Assembly: GCA_002269645.1 (NCBI GenBank)
Contig: NIVC01004004.1
Location: forward strand, 1-64,000
Direction: 5' to 3'
Length of the DNA stretch: 64,000 nucleotides
Source: Macrostomum lignano
Taxonomy: Eukaryota
Shown one piece after another: positions 58,594-64,000 of the stretch. The position numbers were made by a program, and so were the translations under genes. The stretch's first letter is position 1; each line of letters begins with the position of its first letter. Under the pieces are notes generated by a model. That model made no database searches. It worked only from the letters and a program-made list of their open reading frames with translations, and was not told the DNA's origin.

Positions 58594-60066
58594 ATGGCTG
58601 AAACAAAAACTATGTGGAGTGATGAATTTCATTTCAAAAAGCACCGACAGTATATTAATGAGGTCAGAGCAAGAGATTTAAATTATACCCTACCAACAAG
58701 TGATAATTCAAATAACTTTACTACTGGAACGGTAACTTTTGACATCGGCGCAACCAACACTATATTGGATATGAAAAATGCGTTTTTCCGCGTTAGATGG
58801 TTGTATACTAGAAATGATGGAACTGCTCTTGCAGCCGGAGATATCGCAGATCGATCCGGAATAATAATAGAAAATGATTGGTTTTATAAATGTTTTTCCC
58901 AAGCTCAACTAACTGTTAATGGTGCTGAGGTTGAGACATCATCAAACCCCGCAGAGATTAATGGAGTTTTGAAACATTTAAATTATACTTATTTATCAAA
59001 ACAAGTTGGTGATAATGTTGGGTGGATGCCGGATAAAGGTAACGGGCAAGCATTAGTTTTCCCTAATGTACAAAACGCAGCCGGTGCAGATACTGCAGCG
59101 CTAATTGTTTACCTTAATACAAACATAGTTCCAGTTGTAACCACTATGACTAATACAAAAGATATTAATACTGGTTTTATAGATCGTCAGAATAAATTCC
59201 CAGTCGCGGTTTTAACCACAGCAACAGCATATGAGCAGGACTTTTCAATCTTTCCACTATTTGGGTTTTTCTCACCAAATCGGGTATGGAAAGGATTAAA
59301 ATTTGGGATACAGTTGCAAATATCTGGTGGATATCAGCCTAGGATACTTTATGGAACCTCAATTTCAACCGATATAGCAGTTCGTATAGATTCAATTCAA
59401 TTAGTCGTACCAACTATTGAGGTAACAGCCCCACTTTTAAAACACATCGATAATCAGTTAACGCATGATCAGGAAATATTTTATTTGAATCGTCGACATT
59501 TTATGCGAACCATTAATAATAACCAGGATTCATTCCAGTGGCAAATACTGACATCAAAACGTCGGGTGAGATATATTTTTGTTTGGTTTAAGATAACAAA
59601 TAGAAGGAGTAAAAGAGCAAATGGGGATTTATATTGGCTTCAATCCGGTGCCATAGCAGAACAAGCAGCCACCGCAACAGACAATGCGGCTGCAGCTATT
59701 AACGAGTTTAATGTTCAGAATATCCGCCTGCAGGTTGATGATCAATATTATCCGGTTAAAGACCCCCTAAATTTAAATACAGCAAATAATAATGTTAATG
59801 ATTTTATAAAATATTATCAAGATTATGCCAAAAATGAAGCGTATGCCGTCCCTCAGTACACACCCACAGAGTTTCTAAACATTCATCCAGTGGTTGTTTA
59901 TGATCTAACGGCACAGAAAGAAAACGTAGCCAATATTGGACTTAATTATATGTTAGAGATTAATAAAACCGGTAATCAGGCACTTGACGCCCACGTATTG
60001 TTTCTAGAGGAATATATGTCAATTGCTAAAGCTGATGGCACGATTGTTCGGGACGCGCCACTTTAG
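58594..60066 (+). CDS. Major capsid protein (double jelly-roll, Polinton/adintovirus hexon-like), 490 aa
   Basis: Size, beta-rich pattern and position next to the ATPase; motifs FSQAQLTVNGAEVE, RYIFVWF, NIRLQVDDQYYP and EFLNIHPVVVYDLTAQKE. Confidence 0.85.
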   Translation: MAETKTMWSDEFHFKKHRQYINEVRARDLNYTLPTSDNSNNFTTGTVTFDIGATNTILDMKNAFFRVRWLYTRNDGTALAAGDIADRSGIIIENDWFYKCFSQAQLTVNGAEVETSSNPAEINGVLKHLNYTYLSKQVGDNVGWMPDKGNGQALVFPNVQNAAGADTAALIVYLNTNIVPVVTTMTNTKDINTGFIDRQNKFPVAVLTTATAYEQDFSIFPLFGFFSPNRVWKGLKFGIQLQISGGYQPRILYGTSISTDIAVRIDSIQLVVPTIEVTAPLLKHIDNQLTHDQEIFYLNRRHFMRTINNNQDSFQWQILTSKRRVRYIFVWFKITNRRSKRANGDLYWLQSGAIAEQAATATDNAAAAINEFNVQNIRLQVDDQYYPVKDPLNLNTANNNVNDFIKYYQDYAKNEAYAVPQYTPTEFLNIHPVVVYDLTAQKENVANIGLNYMLEINKTGNQALDAHVLFLEEYMSIAKADGTIVRDAPL

Positions 60067-60150
60067 TGTCGCAGTGCAAAGCACGTCGCACCATTGTAAA
60101 ATGAGTGCAGGTCTCCGACCGTCGCGCCTATTTAAATTATTTCTTTAAAA

Positions 60151-60945
60151 ATGGTAAAGGCAAAACACAATAAAATATTTCCAAATGATCCTTTTCTTTG
60201 TTTAGTAATCGGAGGATCAGGTAAAGGAAAAACACACTTTGTTTACGATTTATTAACAACAGATGGAATGTTAGACTATAATAATTTAATAATTTATACT
60301 AATAAACCTAGAATAAAATATTATGAATTTCTTAAACATGGATTAAAAAACAAATTAAAAAAAGATGTCTTGTTTAGAATGTTAAGAGCATATGAGCAAT
60401 ATGAGGATGATGACGAACCGCGATTTAATCTAGCAGACATTGAGGATTTATGTAAAACAATGGCACAACAGCCAGAAAACATCACCGATCGCCCCGAAGG
60501 GTCGCGGACTTCGTCCGATCGCGCCCCAACTGTTAGAGTATCAACCCGATTAGCCTATGATCAAATTCCAAAACATGATAAAACACTAATTATTTTTGAT
60601 GATTGTATTAATGACGGTGATCAAGAATTGCAAAAGGAAATTTTTGTTAGTGGTAGAGGAGATGGAATTGGAGCTTTTTATCTTACTCAATCCTTTAGAG
60701 AATTAGAATCGATTATAAAAAAGAATGCTAGCTGTTGTGTAATGTTTGATTTAGATAACTATGATCTACAAAATATTCACGCTAGATTTAATCCCGGATT
60801 GGATGCAAAACCATTTAAAAGTATGTGTAAAAAAATTTGGGATGATAGCCAATACAAACATATTTATATCAATCCGAGGTTAGAAAGGAAACATAGAATT
60901 TTAACAAATTTGATAAAAGAAGATAATGAGGAAGAAGAGACATAG
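60151..60945 (+). CDS. A32/FtsK-like genome packaging ATPase
   Basis: Walker A GGSGKGKT, Walker B LIIFDD, and GRG...FYLTQSF motif. Confidence 0.92.
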   Translation: MVKAKHNKIFPNDPFLCLVIGGSGKGKTHFVYDLLTTDGMLDYNNLIIYTNKPRIKYYEFLKHGLKNKLKKDVLFRMLRAYEQYEDDDEPRFNLADIEDLCKTMAQQPENITDRPEGSRTSSDRAPTVRVSTRLAYDQIPKHDKTLIIFDDCINDGDQELQKEIFVSGRGDGIGAFYLTQSFRELESIIKKNASCCVMFDLDNYDLQNIHARFNPGLDAKPFKSMCKKIWDDSQYKHIYINPRLERKHRILTNLIKEDNEEEET

Positions 60946-60965
60946 CACAATTTCCCACTATAAAA

Positions 60966-61780
60966 ATGACTACAAATTTAAATACTATAAAACAATTGGT
61001 AGATCGAACTAATTCAAAATTTAGTACAACATTACAGTTTATAATGACAACCAGCGAGCAACGGATTCAATTGCGCGATCCATTACAACTTGATCAAAGC
61101 CTAAGTTATCAAATAGGTTTAATTCTATTTTCGGTTTTCAACATGCCTCAATTAATTAATGCAACAAATAATCAATTTAGATATTCTAAAGATTCCGGAG
61201 CCAATTGGACAACATTTAGCGTTAACCCAGGAGCGTATAGCTATACTGATTTGAATGCTTATATAGAAGGAAATTAACAACTAATGGTGATTGGGTAGCA
61301 GGAGCAATTGTTATAGGTGTTGATTTACCGTCTGGCAGATTCACACTATCACTAGGATCCGGATATCAGGTTGATTTCACAATTGCAAATTCACTCAGAA
61401 CCATACTTGGATTTAATTCCCGAATAGTTACCACATCAAGCACCGGTGATACAGTTGGAAATATTGAGGGTGGAGTAATACAATTAATATAACAACCGAC
61501 ATATCAAACGGTGGTTATATAACAGATAATAACGGAGTTTTGGTTCAACGTGGAATTATTTATTCAATCCCATTTCTTGCTGTTCCAATTGGAGAGAAAA
61601 TGATTGTTGCACCCAAACCCCAATATATTACCTTAAATCAATATAGTTCAATCAATTTATATTAGGATTGTAGATGAAAGCGATAGATTAATAAGTTTTG
61701 GTGGGCAATCAATAACAATAATTTTACGTATAAAACAGGTTTACGAACCTTTGGTTCAGGACTTTGTCCGTTTCCTATAG
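60966..61780 (+). pseudogene. Minor capsid (penton-like) protein with several frameshifts
   Basis: The ORF to 61277 continues in shifted frames as GYQVDFTIANSLRTILGF...IIYSIPF...IVDESDRLISFGGQ. Confidence 0.72.
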
Positions 61781-61992
61781 TAAAAATGGGTAATCGAACA
61801 ACATGTTCGCGTGCAAAGCACGATAATAATAATTTAATAAAAAAAAATCAGAAAAAGTTAAAAAAGCTGAAGATAATTACGAACTAGAACTAGCAAAATT
61901 AAGGCAGTTACAAGCTGATAAAATAAGAAAGGAATTGTTAAAACCCACACCTACGAAACTAACTAAAACCAAGAGTTTTTCAGGAACATAAA

Positions 61993-62430
61993 ATGACCAT
62001 GACGTGGGATGATTTTAAACAAAGATATGGAACGGACACAACAAGCAATATCGAATTAACAAATTGGGCGAGGCAGTTAAAAATAAAACCATTCAGATGT
62101 GTTATGCGGATGAGATAAAAGACTTACCACAATATGGATGTTTCATTGTTAATATTGAAACAACAAAAGAAAATGGTGTTCATTGGTCAGCAGTTTATTC
62201 AAACCTAAACTTGTTTATTTTTTTGATTCATACGCGCTTCCTCCGTTACAGGAAATAAAAGACAATTTAATCATACTAAAAATCGTTTATGTGGAGATCA
62301 TCACGAACAATTTCAAACCTTTGATAAAAGTTATTGCGGGCAAGCAGCGTTGTATTTTTTATATCGACTTTCGAATGAAGCTCGTGTAAACCCCGAAGTA
62401 TTTAAGACTATTTTAGACTCTATAAAATAG
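61993..62430 (+). pseudogene. Adenain-like cysteine maturation protease, frameshifted
   Basis: Fragments IVNIE...GVHWSAVY, VYFFDSYALPP and QTFDKSYCG carry the H, D and Q..C motifs in different frames. Confidence 0.78.
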
Positions 62431-62440
62431 ACAGTAAAAA

Positions 62441-63394
62441 ATGTTATTTTCTGGAACACCCTCATGGAACGGAACATCAAGTACTGGTGGTGGTACTTCT
62501 GGTGGAATAAGTGTTACATTCGGAGATAACCGATATATTAATGAAGATGAAGGTTATAAAAAAAGTGAAGTTGATACTAAACTAAATTTAAAAAGAAATG
62601 TTGCAGATTCCTATACCAAAACTCAAATAGATAATTCCCTAAATTTAAAACGGAACGTAGCCGATTCATATACAAAAACAGAGGTTGACAATGGGTTAAA
62701 TTTAAAAAGAGATATAACTGATTCTTATTCTCGAACTCAAATAGATGATTCATTAAATTTAAAACGCAATACGGCCGATTCTTATACCAAAACCGAAGTT
62801 GATAATTCCCTAAATTTAAAACGGAATGTTGCTGATTCCTATACCAAAACTGAAGTTGATAATTCCCTAAATTTAAAAAGAGATATAACTGATTCCTATA
62901 CCAAAACCGAAGTTGATAATTCCCTAAATTTAAAAAGAGATATAACTGATTCTTATAGCAAAACTGAAGTTGATAATTCCTTAAATTTAAAAAGAGATAT
63001 AACTGATTCCTATACCAAAACGGAGGTTGATAATTTAGTTGGGGTGGAGCCCCAAACAGATCGATTCCAAACGGTTGAAACTGGTCACATACCTACCATG
63101 GCAGATTGGAGTGGAAATGGTTTTGCAATAACCGCAAGCACTGCATTTAATACAACTGATTTTGCAAGTTGGAAAGCGTTTGATGGAAATGATTCAACAG
63201 ATTGGGCAACAAATAATACTCAAACCGATTATTGGATTCAAGTCCAATGCCCTTCCGCAATAATGTGTTATAAAATTGATTTACGTGGTAGGCCATCACC
63301 TTCAACCGAGCACCCAGCATCATGGCGATTTGAGGGAAGTAATGACAATACAAGTTGGGACGTATTAATACCTGCGGATAGTTCTGTAGAATAA
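62441..63394 (+). CDS. Fiber/spike-like protein: ~8 copies of a 19-aa repeat (KRDITDSYTKTEVDNSLNL) followed by a discoidin/F5-8-like domain; probably frameshifted at the 3' end
   Basis: 57-bp in-frame repeats at ~62590-63035; ASTAF...WKAFDG...W...WIQVQ...W.FEGSND..W.V discoidin-like pattern. Confidence 0.72.
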   Translation: MLFSGTPSWNGTSSTGGGTSGGISVTFGDNRYINEDEGYKKSEVDTKLNLKRNVADSYTKTQIDNSLNLKRNVADSYTKTEVDNGLNLKRDITDSYSRTQIDDSLNLKRNTADSYTKTEVDNSLNLKRNVADSYTKTEVDNSLNLKRDITDSYTKTEVDNSLNLKRDITDSYSKTEVDNSLNLKRDITDSYTKTEVDNLVGVEPQTDRFQTVETGHIPTMADWSGNGFAITASTAFNTTDFASWKAFDGNDSTDWATNNTQTDYWIQVQCPSAIMCYKIDLRGRPSPSTEHPASWRFEGSNDNTSWDVLIPADSSVE

Positions 63395-64000
63395 ATAACT
63401 CAACTCAAACAATTAATGTCACACAAAATTTTGATAAAACATATTCATATTTCAGATTGTTCTGTCTTACATCAACTCGGGTTCACAACCCGGCTGTCAA
63501 CCTTCAGATTTATAGACAGACTTTTACAATTCTTGATTTAAATTGGGAGTAGTTAATCAATCAATTGATATGGGTAATACAATTACTAATATCTCTAATA
63601 TAAACGATAACAGTTCTGTTGTTACTAAAGGTTATGTTGACACGCGAGTAACACAAACGGCGGATGGCCGAATGTCTTTTAATGATAAAATAAAATTGGA
63701 TGGAATACCTGCAATCGATGCCGCTTTGTACGAGCCCGTAATTTGCAATTGGACTGGATATCAAAACCCAACCACAGCCGGTGATATTTTTCCAACTGGA
63801 AGTTTTGTTGGTAGCGCTACTTATATTGATTATCAAAATGGAGCTAGAATTACTGATGAAGCAAGTGGTCAGTCTGGAGCGTTGCAATTTAATTTCACCC
63901 ATTTTCGTAATATCTCCGCCTCCTTCTATTTCCGAGTTGCTAATGCTACAGGAATGGTGCTGATGCGGTTTGGTTTTATGCATATTGTCACGAACGTCCA

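Larger units (their letters stand above)
54826..64000. mobile_element. Polinton/Maverick (adintovirus-like) endogenous viral element, left terminus at 54826, continuing past the window
   Basis: AGTAGT terminus; abrupt shift to AT-rich, gene-dense DNA without spliceosomal introns; rve integrase, PLA2, capsid, packaging ATPase, penton, protease and fiber genes. pPolB is not seen in the window. Confidence 0.93.

Overview
Repeat-rich invertebrate nuclear DNA with GC-rich exons and spliceosomal introns; the style resembles a free-living flatworm such as Macrostomum, but that is inference. From left to right: a ~662-bp satellite (10 copies) and many minisatellites; an ARHGAP11-like RhoGAP; lipin; SERP1/RAMP4; a secreted JHBP/takeout + Der p 7-like protein; a TSD-flanked RNase H-bearing LINE with a piggyBac nested inside; a CORE-SINE; GCH1; an MIT-like protein; a secreted PAN-like protein; and a head-to-head pair of PAN-fibrinogen (FReD) genes. 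The second FReD gene is interrupted at 54826 by an AT-rich Polinton/Maverick (adintovirus-like) element that runs off the window. It carries integrase, PLA2, HNH, major capsid, packaging ATPase, penton, protease and fiber genes. The main finding is a 303-nt group I intron (IC1 architecture, with P1-P10 pairings readable by eye and a fully covaried P7) inside the viral PLA2 gene at 56855-57157 (minus strand). Its removal restores the conserved NFTG|PGT motif. It ends in A rather than the usual G and lies next to a free-standing HNH endonuclease gene.
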